From the NCBI GenBank assembly GCA_963789865.1, contig CAWBMD010000005.1, positions 15,465 to 79,464 on the forward strand: a DNA stretch of 64,000 bases, written 5' to 3'. Source of the DNA: an uncultured Chloroflexia bacterium (GTDB taxonomy: Bacteria > Chloroflexota > Limnocylindria > Limnocylindrales > CSP1-4). Shown piece after piece: positions 10,008-19,035 of this stretch; position 1 is the first letter of the stretch, and every line of letters starts with the position of its first letter. The notes below the pieces were generated by a model, which was not told the DNA's origin, did no database searches, and saw only the letters and a program-made list of their open reading frames with translations. The position numbers and the translations under genes are program-made.

Positions 10008-10987
10008 CCGGGATCCGCCCACCGGGCGCCGGCCGGGCCCGGTCACTGGTTCGGCCGGCGGCGGTGGCTGGCATGTTCTACCCGGCGCTCCGGGGCGAGC
10101 TCCGGGACCTCGTCGACGGCCTGTTCGCCGCTGCATCACGACTCCCGGACGTGCGGGCGGACACGGCGTCCTCCCGCAGCCTGCCGACAGGCATCCTCGT
10201 CCCTCACGCTGGGCTCGCGTACTCGGGGATCGTGGCGGCCGCCGGGTGGAGCCGACTCCGATCGCGTCGTGACGACGCCCACGACACAGGCGGAGCCCGT
10301 GACGACGTCGACGGGACCGGACCCGTGGGGCCCCTCACCGTCGTCCTGCTCGGGACGAACCACCGGGCTGGCTGGCTCGGCGGCGTGGCCGCATGGGACG
10401 TGGGGGCATGGTCGACGCCCGTTGGCGAGGTCGCCGTGGACGACCCGCTGGCGGCGGCCATCGTGAACCTTGGACCACCGTTCCTCGCGGACCGGAGGGC
10501 GCACGGGGGCGAGCACTCGATCGAGGTCCAGCTGCCGCTCCTCCAGGCGGTTGATCCGTCGGCCCGGATCGTGCCGCTCGCCGTCTCGGCTGGCAACGGC
10601 GCCCGGGCGATCACCGCCGGAGCCCGCCTGGGAGGGTTGCTCGCCGCGCACCGTGCCACGGGGGCGAGGATCGTGCTCGTGATCAGCACGGACATGGCGC
10701 ACTACCCTGCCGCCGGTGACTGCGAGCGCGCGACCGGCGTCCTGCTGCCGCCGATCCTCACCGTGGACCCGCTCGGTCTCGCGCGGCGGGAGGAGGCGCT
10801 GCGGGACGCAGGCATCGCAGGCCTCGCCTGCGGCATGTGCGGGATCGATCCCGCCGTGCTGGGACTCGCGGCGATGCAGGCGTTGGGCGCGACCAGGGGC
10901 GGCATCCTCGCCACCGCAACCTCGGCCGACGCGGGTGGGCCGGCGGACCGGACCGTGGGATACCTCGCAGCCCGGTTCGACGCCTGA
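10004..10987 (+). CDS. MEMO1 family protein (AmmeMemoRadiSam system protein B)
   Basis: ATGA overlap with the radical SAM gene. AGMFYPA…, VPHAGLAYSG, VVLLGTNH, STDMAHYP match Memo-family motifs. Carries a ~25-aa charged insertion (RSRRDDAHDTGGARDDVDGTGPVG). Confidence 0.85.
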   Translation: MTGIRPPGAGRARSLVRPAAVAGMFYPALRGELRDLVDGLFAAASRLPDVRADTASSRSLPTGILVPHAGLAYSGIVAAAGWSRLRSRRDDAHDTGGARDDVDGTGPVGPLTVVLLGTNHRAGWLGGVAAWDVGAWSTPVGEVAVDDPLAAAIVNLGPPFLADRRAHGGEHSIEVQLPLLQAVDPSARIVPLAVSAGNGARAITAGARLGGLLAAHRATGARIVLVISTDMAHYPAAGDCERATGVLLPPILTVDPLGLARREEALRDAGIAGLACGMCGIDPAVLGLAAMQALGATRGGILATATSADAGGPADRTVGYLAARFDA

Positions 10988-11101
10988 GCGCGCCGAGACC
11001 GTCGAGCACATGCCCATCTGGACCTTGACGGGCGAGGCCACGCTGCGATCATCGCGTGGAGACCCCGGCGGGGTCGGGGCCACAGCCGTGAGGAGCGCCC
11101 G

Positions 11102-12427
11102 ATGAACGTCGTCGCCGTCGTCCTCGCCGGGGGTGCCGGTGAACGTCTCTCCGTCCTCTCCGACCACCGCGCCAAGCCGGCCGTCCCGTTCGGCGGCAAG
11201 TACCGGATCATCGACTTCGCCCTGTCGAACTGCGTCAACTCCGGGATCGACCGTGTGCTGGTGCTGACCCAGTACAGCCCCCGCTCGCTCATCGACCACA
11301 TCGGCCAAGGTCGCTCGTGGGATCTCGACCGCTCGTTCGGTGCCGGCATCCGGGTCCTCCAGCCCTATCTCTCCCGGACCGACAAGGTGGGCTGGTATGC
11401 GGGTACCGCTGATGCGGTGCGGCGGAACGCGACGGCGATCGCCGAGGAGCACCCGGACCTCGTGCTCGTCCTCGCGGGCGACCATGTCTACAAGATGGAC
11501 TACCGGCCGTTCATCGAGACGCACCTGGCGAAGCGCGCCGACCTCACGGTGGCCGTGCTCACGGTGCCCCCCGACGAGGCAACCCGGATGGGGATCTGCC
11601 TGACCGACGATGACGACCGGATCGTCGACTGGGAGGAGAAGCCCGCCCGGCCGCGCGGGGACCTCGCATCGATGGGGGTCTACGTCTTCTCGCCCGAGGC
11701 GCTCCGGCGTTGGGTGACACCGACCCGGCATGACTTCGGCAAGGACGTGGTCCCGGCGATGATCAGGGCCGGCCGGCGGGTGTTCGCCCACCGCTTCGAG
11801 GGCTACTGGCGAGACGTGGGCACGGTCGAGGCATTCTGGAAGGCGAACCTGGACCTCGTCGGGCTTGTCCCGCCGCTCGACCTGTTCGACCAGAGCTGGC
11901 TCATCCACACCAGGTCGGAGGAGCGATCACCGGCGAAGAGCGGCCCCGATGCCGTCTTCCGCCACTCGCTCGCCAGCCACGGCTGCATCATCAACGGAAG
12001 CGTCGTCAACAGCGTGCTGTCGCCCGGCGTCAAGGTCTATGACGGCGCCGTCGTCCGGGACTCGGTCATCATGCTGGACGCGGAGATCGGTGCCGGCGCC
12101 GTGGTGAACGGGTCCATCATCGACAAGCACGTGAAGGTCGGCGCGGGTGCGGTGGTCGGCCACGGCGAGGATCGCTGGGTCGTCAACGGGGAGGAGCCGG
12201 ACCGCCTGACAACCGGCATCACCGTGGTCGGAAAGCGTGCGGGGATCCCCGCTGGCGCCCGACTCGGGCGCAACGTCCGGGTGGACGCCGATGTCGTGCC
12301 GGGAGACTTCACGTCACTCGATATTCGCTCGGGCGAGACGGTGCATCACCCGGACGGGACACCGGCGGAGCTGGACGGTCGCCGGGCTCGCTCCGCTTCG
12401 GCCTCCCCGACCCGCAAGACTCGATGA
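11102..12427 (+). CDS. glgC: glucose-1-phosphate adenylyltransferase
   Basis: MNVVAVVLAGGAGERLSVLSDHRAKPAVPFGGKYRIIDFALSNCVNSGI…LVLAGDHVYKMDY…, with a C-terminal left-handed beta-helix region. Confidence 0.9.
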   Translation: MNVVAVVLAGGAGERLSVLSDHRAKPAVPFGGKYRIIDFALSNCVNSGIDRVLVLTQYSPRSLIDHIGQGRSWDLDRSFGAGIRVLQPYLSRTDKVGWYAGTADAVRRNATAIAEEHPDLVLVLAGDHVYKMDYRPFIETHLAKRADLTVAVLTVPPDEATRMGICLTDDDDRIVDWEEKPARPRGDLASMGVYVFSPEALRRWVTPTRHDFGKDVVPAMIRAGRRVFAHRFEGYWRDVGTVEAFWKANLDLVGLVPPLDLFDQSWLIHTRSEERSPAKSGPDAVFRHSLASHGCIINGSVVNSVLSPGVKVYDGAVVRDSVIMLDAEIGAGAVVNGSIIDKHVKVGAGAVVGHGEDRWVVNGEEPDRLTTGITVVGKRAGIPAGARLGRNVRVDADVVPGDFTSLDIRSGETVHHPDGTPAELDGRRARSASASPTRKTR

Positions 12428-12616
12428 CGCCGACCGGCGGACGCCCGAACGGATCGCCGCCGCGGTCGGTATCCTGCGGGTTCATGAACGACGTCCGGGT
12501 CTGCGCCACCTGCAAGTCCGTCATCCGCCATCGCGATGCCGTGACCGTCATGCCCGTCACCGGACGGATCCAATTGAAGCGCACCGCCCGGGGCCGCGAG
12601 ATCCGGGTGGCCGTCG

Positions 12617-14433
12617 TTGGCTGAGCCCGCAGCGGCCCAGGCTCGACGGCCCGGCCCGCGTCTGGCCTTTGCCGCGGCGTTCGTGGTCGGCGTCGTGGCG
12701 GTGCTCGGCGCTTCCGTTGCTGCCCTGGCCGCGTGGGATGCGAGCTACGAAGGACGGATCCTCCCCGGCGTCCGGGTCGGCGCTGTGGATCTCTCCGGGC
12801 TCGACCGGGCTGCCGCAGGCCAGGTCCTCGGGGCCGCGTTCCCCTACGACCAGGGCAGGCTCGTGCTTCGCACGCCCGACGGCGACATCCCGGTCCCCTT
12901 CGCGGCCTTCGGCCGCCGGGTCGAGATCGAGGCGCTGGTCGAGGAGGCGATCCGGGCCGGCCGCAACGGAGGCCTGGCCGAGCGGGCAATGGGACAGGTC
13001 CGCCAGGCGATGTCGGGAACCGTGATCGAGCCGCGCCTGTCGCTCGACGAATTCAGCGCTGGGCACGGCGATCACCGGGGCCGTGAAGACCCTGGATCGG
13101 GCACCAGTCGACGCCACGATCTCGATCACGCCGGATGGTCCGGTGACCACGCCGGCGTCCGCGGGCCGCACCGCCGACCCGGCGCCGGTCGTGGCGGCCG
13201 CCTTCGCGGCGGCATCGCGCGATGGACGCGCCCGCCGAGATCCTGGTCCCGGTGGCCGTCGCTGCCGTCCCGCCGGTCACGCCGGACGTCGCGGCCGCGA
13301 TCGCGAAGGCCCGCGTCCAGCGGCTGGCCCAGGACGTCGTGGTCGCCTGGGGCAAGAAGAAGTGGACCATCCCGGCAGCAACGGTGCTCGGCTGGGTCCG
13401 GCTCCAGGGTGGGGCCGACGGGGCGGTCACGCCGGTGGTCGAGGTCACCGGGGCCGAGGGCAACCTCGCCGGCGCAGCCAAGGCAGTCAAGAAGAAGGCG
13501 GCGTCCGCGGCCTTCCTCAAGACCCGCGGCGGCAAGACCTTCGGGGTGGTTCCCGGCAAGGACGGGCGCGCGCTGGACGTGGACGTCACGATCGCCCGGA
13601 TCGCAGACGAGCTCCAGTCCCGGGCGGACGGCAACCCGGCCACCCCGGTGCAGGTGGCCACCATGCCGGTCGCTCCCGCGATGACGACCGAGCAGGCCGC
13701 CGGATCCGCGCCCGTGATGACGAAGCTCGGGACCTGGACGACCTGGTTCCCCATCAGCGAACGCAACTTCTTCGGGGCGAACATCTGGCGCCCGGCCCAG
13801 ATCATCAACGGGACCGTGCTCAAGCCCGGCCAGCGCTTCGAGTGGTGGAGCGCGATCGGGCCGGTCACCGCCGCTCGCGGGTTCGGGCCGGGCGGCGTCA
13901 TCAGGGGCAGCTTCACGGATCCCACCGGCGCGACGGGTGGCGGCATGTGCTCGAGCTCCACGACGCTGTTCAACGCCGCGCTCCGCGCCGGCCTGCAGAT
14001 CAACGCCCGGTCGAATTACAAGTACTACATCAACCGCTACCCCATCGGCCTGGACGCCACGGTCTCGAAGATGGGCGGCGCGACCCAGACGATGTCCTTC
14101 ACGAACGACACGACCCATCAGCTCTACATCCGGGGCATCCGGACACGCGGCGGCGGACGAGGCTACGTCACCTACGAGATCTGGGGCGTCTCCGACGGGC
14201 GCTCGGTGTCGATCGGGCGACCGTCGGTGACGACGGTCCAGAAGGCAACGACCAGCCAGGTGCTCGTCGACACGCTCCGCCACGGCGTGCGGCAGCAGGT
14301 CGAGTACCCGTCCAACGAGATGTACGTCGCCGTGACACGGATCGTCCGCAACGCGGCCGGCAAGGTGATGCACAACGAGACGTTCCGGACGCACTACGTG
14401 CTCTGGAACGGCCGGATCGAGGTCGGCCGCTAG
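12617..14433 (+). CDS. VanW family protein with N-terminal TM/PG-binding region. Two apparent frameshifts (~13060, ~13225).
   Basis: N-terminal TM helix LAFAAAFVVGVVAVLGASVAALAAW. VanW core …TWTTWFPISERNFFGANIWRPAQIINGTVLKPGQRFEWW…GGGMCSSSTTLFNAALRAGLQI…HQLYIRGIRT…. Confidence 0.8.
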
Positions 14434-15195
14434 GGCCCGCCGGGCTCCCTCGCCGTGAGGGCGACCGCCCGCATGCGGCCGTCATAACGGACGATCGGGA
14501 CCGTCGAGGTCCGGTCCTCCTCGGCGCAGAAGGCGATGTCCGCGCGGTGCGCCGATCCGGCGCAGGGTCGCCCCGCCGTCGGAAGCCTCCATGGCATCGA
14601 GCAGCGACGGCCAGCTCTGGCGCAGGCGGACGGCCGCCGTGGCGGCATCGGTCAGCACGGCGTCTGTCCCGGTCCGGGCCGCGGCCTCGGACAGCCGGCC
14701 CGCGATCAGCCCCGCGGCGACCGCATCGTCGAGCACGAAGCTTCCCTCGCGACCGGCGCACACGATCCGCACCGTCCCACTCCCCTCTCCGGCCATGGCG
14801 AGGGCGCGTGCGGCCCTGGCGACCGCGGTGGCGTTGCGGATGCAGCCGACGAGCACGGGCTCGACGCGCCGCAGCCCGTTGATGACGGCCGTTCCGTTCG
14901 TGGTGGAGAGCACCACGCTGCGGCCCCGCAGGTCCACGCCAGCCAGCTCAGCCGGCGAGTTGTCGAGGTCGAAATCCGGCGGCTTCACCGCACTGACCTC
15001 GCCCGCCAGGAGGCACCCCGTCTCGCGGGCAACGACGCGTGCCGTGTCCGGGTCACCCGCGAGGAAGACGTTCCCGCAGCCGGCGTCGATCAGCGTGGTG
15101 ATGGTGGTGCTGGCCCGGATCTGGTCGATGACGATGAGGATGCCGGGGTCCGCCGGATCGACGAGCTGGGGCTGGAGCGCAACATCGACGAGCAT
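14430..15195 (-). CDS. comB: 2-phosphosulfolactate phosphatase (ComB) family protein. One apparent frameshift (~14600-14640).
   Basis: MLVDVALQPQLVDPADPGILIVIDQIRASTTITTLIDAGCGNVFLAG…. The C-terminal …ADIAFCAEEDRTSTVPIVRYDGRMRAV lies in the frame of ORF 14430..14648. Confidence 0.75.
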
Positions 15196-15205
15196 CGCGC
15201 GAGCC

Positions 15206-16600
15206 TCAGACACCGGTCTCGGCCGGCAGCCGCCCCGCGCGAACCGCGGCCACGAGGGCCGCATGGTCCCGCTCGGCCTGGTCCGCATAGGCCACGCTGA
15301 AGCTGGCCAGCGCCCGGTCGAAGGCATCTCCGCGCCCGAGATAGCCGGCAATCTCGGCGACGTTGCCGGACCGGGCATGGGCGCGCGCGAGCGCCCATGC
15401 GCACACCTGTGCATACAGCTCCATGCCCGGTGGACGGAGCCCGGCGATGTCGATCCCGTACTTCATGTCGTGGAGCTGGCGCACGTAGAACTCGGTATCG
15501 GAGGCGGGCGAGCGCGTCCAACCGAGGAAGATGTCCGACACTGCCTGCATGATCCGCTGACCGCTGACCACGCGCTCGCCCTGGTGCCGGATCCGCTTGC
15601 CGCGGACGAACGGGGCGATCACCGACGGGCGTGCCTCCTTGATCTGGAGGAACAGCGGACCGCCTGCGGGACCCCGGAAGAGCGCGATGTAGCAGCGCGT
15701 CCCGACGCTCCCGACGCCGACGACCTTCAGGGCCACGTCGACGAGCCGGTGCTTCTCGACGATGATCCGGCGATCCGGCGCCAGGGACCTGAGGTAGTCA
15801 CGGTAGACGTTCGGGATTGCCTGGCGCAGCGGATCTTCGGCATCGATCCGCTGGAGCAGCGGTGGCCGGTGGCGGATCAGCCAGCCACCGTCGGGACCGG
15901 GCTCGGACAGCTTGCCCAGCGCGGCCAGGTGGTCCTTGCGGCGCGCCGTCTCGAGCCCCTCGGCCAGGGTCGTCGCGATCGTCGCCCGCCGCCGGGCGCG
16001 CTCGACCCGCGCGAGGATCTCCTGGATGGGGATCGCGGCGTACCAGACATCCAGCGCCCGCATGCCCGCGTACCGGCGGATCCAGCCGCGGTACTCCCGA
16101 CCGACGTGCTCCGCGATATCGCGCGCCGTCGACTCGTTGTACCCGTTGGCCCTCGAGGCCACGACGAAGCTGGCGGCGAGTCGCTTGACGTCCCACTCCC
16201 ACGGGCCCGGATGCGTCTCGTCGAAGTCGTTCAGGTCGAAGACGAGGCGCCGCTCCGGGCTCGCGTAGACGCCGAAGTTCGAGAGGTGGGCGTCGCCGCA
16301 GAGCTGGACGGCGGAGCCCATGCTCGGGGTCGATGCGAGGTCGCCTGCCATGACCGCGGCCGAGCCCCGGTAGAACGTGAGCGGCGACTCGATCATCCGC
16401 CCGATGCGGATGGGCACCAGGTCCGCCAGCCGGCCCTCGTTGGACGCGCCGACGGTGTCCACGGGGTCCGTCCGGCCCGCGGGCGCCGTCCAGCCGCCGT
16501 GGCTGCTGCGGGGCGTTCGACTGCGCAGCTCCCGCCCCCGCGCCATGGAGGCCGCGGCAGGGCTGTCGGGCGGCAGCGTCGCATTGGGATCGTTGAGCAT
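15206..16600 (-). CDS. DUF2252 domain protein
   Basis: 464 aa. …VQLCGDAHLSNFGVYASPERRLVFDLNDFDETHPGPWEWDVKRLAASFVVA…KVVGVGSVGTRCYIALF… matches the DUF2252 core. Confidence 0.85.
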   Translation of the reverse strand: MLNDPNATLPPDSPAAASMARGRELRSRTPRSSHGGWTAPAGRTDPVDTVGASNEGRLADLVPIRIGRMIESPLTFYRGSAAVMAGDLASTPSMGSAVQLCGDAHLSNFGVYASPERRLVFDLNDFDETHPGPWEWDVKRLAASFVVASRANGYNESTARDIAEHVGREYRGWIRRYAGMRALDVWYAAIPIQEILARVERARRRATIATTLAEGLETARRKDHLAALGKLSEPGPDGGWLIRHRPPLLQRIDAEDPLRQAIPNVYRDYLRSLAPDRRIIVEKHRLVDVALKVVGVGSVGTRCYIALFRGPAGGPLFLQIKEARPSVIAPFVRGKRIRHQGERVVSGQRIMQAVSDIFLGWTRSPASDTEFYVRQLHDMKYGIDIAGLRPPGMELYAQVCAWALARAHARSGNVAEIAGYLGRGDAFDRALASFSVAYADQAERDHAALVAAVRAGRLPAETGV

Positions 16601-16687
16601 CGCGCGGCCTCAGCGGGCAGATCGGGACGGATAGGTGGCGTGAGTCTAGCGTTCGGCACCGGGGACCTGCGCAGCCGCTCCCTGCGG

Positions 16688-17354
16688 CTACGCATCCGCC
16701 TCGAGGTACGCGAGCACCGCGAGGACCCGGCGGTGGTCGCCCCTCGACTCGGGCAGCTCCAGCTTGCTCATGATGCTGGTGATGTGCTTCTCCGCGGCTC
16801 CCTCGGTGATGCTCAGCGCCTCCGCGATCCCGGCGTTGGTGCGGCCCTCCGCCATCGCCGCCAGGACCTCGTGCTCGCGGGGCGTCAGCTCGGCCAGCCG
16901 GTCGTCGCGTCGCCGGCGAACCATCAGCTGCGCGACGACCTCCGGATCCAGGGCGGTCCCCCCGGCAGCGACCCGCCGCAGTGCGTCCATGAAGTCGCGG
17001 ATGTCGGCGACGCGATCCTTGAGCAGGTAGCCGACGCCGCCCGCGCGGTCCGCGAGGAGCTCGCGTGGCGTACTGGCGCTCGACGTACTGGCTCAGGACG
17101 AGCACCGGCGAGCCGGGGACGAGCCTGCGTGCCTCGATGGCGGCGCGGAGTCCCTCGTCGCGCTGGGTCGGCGGCATCCGGACGTCCACCACCGACACAT
17201 CCGGGCGGTGCTCCACCACCGCCGCCACAAGCGACGGTCCATCGCCCACCCGTGCGACCACCACGCCGCCGGACTCCTCGATCAGGTGCGCGAGGCCCTC
17301 GCGGAGCAGGACAGAGTCGTCGGCGATCACGACGCGGAGGGGCGGGCGGTTCAC
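16688..17354 (-). CDS. NarL/LuxR-family response regulator (REC + HTH). Single-nucleotide frameshift near 17065.
   Basis: N-terminal (V)NRPPLRVVIADDSVLLREGLAHLIE…VVDVRMPP…VLVLSQYVERQYA (REC domain) in one frame; C-terminal …DRVADIRDFMDALRRVAAGGTALDPEVV…LTPREHEVLAAMAEGRTNAGIAEALSITEGAAEKHITSIMSKL (LuxR HTH) in another. Confidence 0.85.
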
Positions 17355-17526
17355 AGCCCGATCATGCCCGATGTGCCGCTCCACCACCGGGCCCCCGCGC
17401 GCGGGGGGTAGGGCTAGCCCCACCCGGAAGACGCCCACTGCCCTGCTGGGCCGCCTGACCGGGGTCCGCCATCATCGTGGTCAGACCGCGGCTCATCGCG
17501 GGATCACGGATGGTAGGGTCGGCGCG

Positions 17527-18942
17527 ATGACGGCATACACGGCTCCAGGCGAACCCGGCCAGGGCTCCGGCTCGATGGATGCGGTCCGCGCCTTCGCCTG
17601 GTCGCCGTTCTCGCTGAAGACCTGGCGTGCCGTCCTGGCGATCGGCCTGGGACTGTTCGTCTCCGTGGCCGCGGTCGGCGTCCTCAGCACCCTCTTCTCG
17701 ATCGGCGGCTCGTTGCTGTTCGTGATCGTGGGGATCCCGTTCATCGGCCTCGGCATCGAGGCCGGCCGGCTGTTCGCCCGCGTGGAGCGCTGGCGCATGT
17801 CGATGGTCGACGGACGGGTGCTCACCCCTCATCCCTATCGCACGTTCGACCACGACCCTCGGGCGCCGTGGGGACCGTGGCTCCGGCAGTGGGCCGAGGC
17901 CGAGTTCCTGGATGGCAGCCGCTGGCTGGACGTGCTCTACGTCCTGGTCGCCATGCCGCTCACGTTCATCGAGTTCATCGTCGCGGTCACGCTCTGGTCG
18001 ACCTCCGTCGCGTTCATCACGGCGCCGCTGGTGGTGTTCGGGGCGCGTGCGGCGGGCGTGCGCGTCTTCCTCGGCCCCCTCGCCGGGCACGTCGACCCGA
18101 CGGTCGTCGGGGTGATCCTGTTCATCGTCGGCATGCTGCTGCTGCCGGTGGCGGCCTCGGTGAGCCGGGGCCTCATCGTCCTTCACCGGGCGGTCGTGCA
18201 GGGGCTGCTGTGCGTTGATCCGTCCGAGGCGCTGCGCCGCGACGTGGAACGCCTGCGCGACACGCGGTCCGCCGCCCTGGAGGTCGAGGCCAGCGAGCTG
18301 CGGCGGATCGAGAGGGACCTGCACGACGGGGCCCAGCAGCGCCTCGTGATGCTCGCCATCGACCTCGGTCTCGCGGAGGAGCGCATCGACACGGATCCCG
18401 CCGCCGCCAAGGGCCTGGTTGCCGATGCACGGGAGCAGGCTCGCCAGGCGCTCGCAGAGCTCCGGGAGGTGGTCCGCGGCGTCGCCCCGTCGATCCTGAT
18501 CGACCGCGGGCTTGTCGCTGCGCTCGGCGCCGTCGCCGGGCGCTGTCCCGTGCCAACGTACGTCGACAGCGCACTCGGGCAGGGAGAGCGCCTCCCCCAT
18601 GCCGTCGAGCGCGCAGCCTACTACGTCGTTGCGGAGGCGCTCGCCAACGTCGCCAAGCACAGCGGCGCCACGCGCTGCAGCGTGTTCCTCCGTGGACAGG
18701 GCGACTGGCTGTTCCTCGAGGTCCGCGACGACGGCCGGGGCGGCGCGACGCTGACGCCCGGCGGCGGGCTGGCCGGGCTCCGGGACCGCATCCAGGCTCT
18801 CGACGGCACTCTCGAGGTCGTGAGCCCCCCGGGTGGCCCGACCAGCATCCGGATCGCGATCCCCGTCGCCGGGCGGGTCGGCTGGCAGGCAGCCGGACCG
18901 CCAGGGGGACCAGGTCCCGCGGGCGGCCCAGCCCCTCGCTGA
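17527..18942 (+). CDS. sensor histidine kinase (HisKA_3/HATPase_c) with multi-TM N-terminal sensor domain
   Basis: N-terminal TM helices (AVLAIGLGLFVSVAAVGVLSTLF…). LRRIERDLHDGAQQRLV (H-box) and …VAEALANVAKHSGA…RDDGRGG…GGLAGLRDRI… (ATPase). Divergent from the response regulator. Confidence 0.85.
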   Translation: MTAYTAPGEPGQGSGSMDAVRAFAWSPFSLKTWRAVLAIGLGLFVSVAAVGVLSTLFSIGGSLLFVIVGIPFIGLGIEAGRLFARVERWRMSMVDGRVLTPHPYRTFDHDPRAPWGPWLRQWAEAEFLDGSRWLDVLYVLVAMPLTFIEFIVAVTLWSTSVAFITAPLVVFGARAAGVRVFLGPLAGHVDPTVVGVILFIVGMLLLPVAASVSRGLIVLHRAVVQGLLCVDPSEALRRDVERLRDTRSAALEVEASELRRIERDLHDGAQQRLVMLAIDLGLAEERIDTDPAAAKGLVADAREQARQALAELREVVRGVAPSILIDRGLVAALGAVAGRCPVPTYVDSALGQGERLPHAVERAAYYVVAEALANVAKHSGATRCSVFLRGQGDWLFLEVRDDGRGGATLTPGGGLAGLRDRIQALDGTLEVVSPPGGPTSIRIAIPVAGRVGWQAAGPPGGPGPAGGPAPR

Positions 18943-19035
18943 TGCGGGCCGCGCCATCGCGCCCCGTCGGCGCCGGCGCCCCACGGCGCCCCGAGGCGGC
19001 CTTCCATCGCGGGCGCTGTCGAGCTCCCGGCGGCT

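Noticed and set aside
10136-11908. 590-aa minus-strand ORF
   Set aside because: Antisense to Memo and glgC, both of which have clear motifs. Shadow ORF.
12424-12624. 66-aa ORF between glgC and the VanW gene (MNDVRVCATCKSVIRHRD…)
   Set aside because: It overlaps the glgC stop, has no RBS or recognisable fold, and has only two Cys. Possibly real, but unsupported.
17071-17095. Imperfect direct repeat gtactggcgctcgac / gtactggctcagg inside the response-regulator gene, and its similarity to the gtactggtggggg repeat at 31270
   Set aside because: The shared gtactgg heptamer is probably coincidental, and the repeat is imperfect. The frameshift here is explained by a single extra base rather than by the repeat.
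15798-17438. 546-aa minus-strand ORF
   Set aside because: Mostly Arg/Gly junk overlapping DUF2252 out of frame. Only its first ~90 codons (the response-regulator N-terminus) are real, and they continue in another frame.
17362-18984. 540-aa minus-strand ORF
   Set aside because: Antisense to the histidine-kinase gene, which has clear H-box and ATPase motifs.
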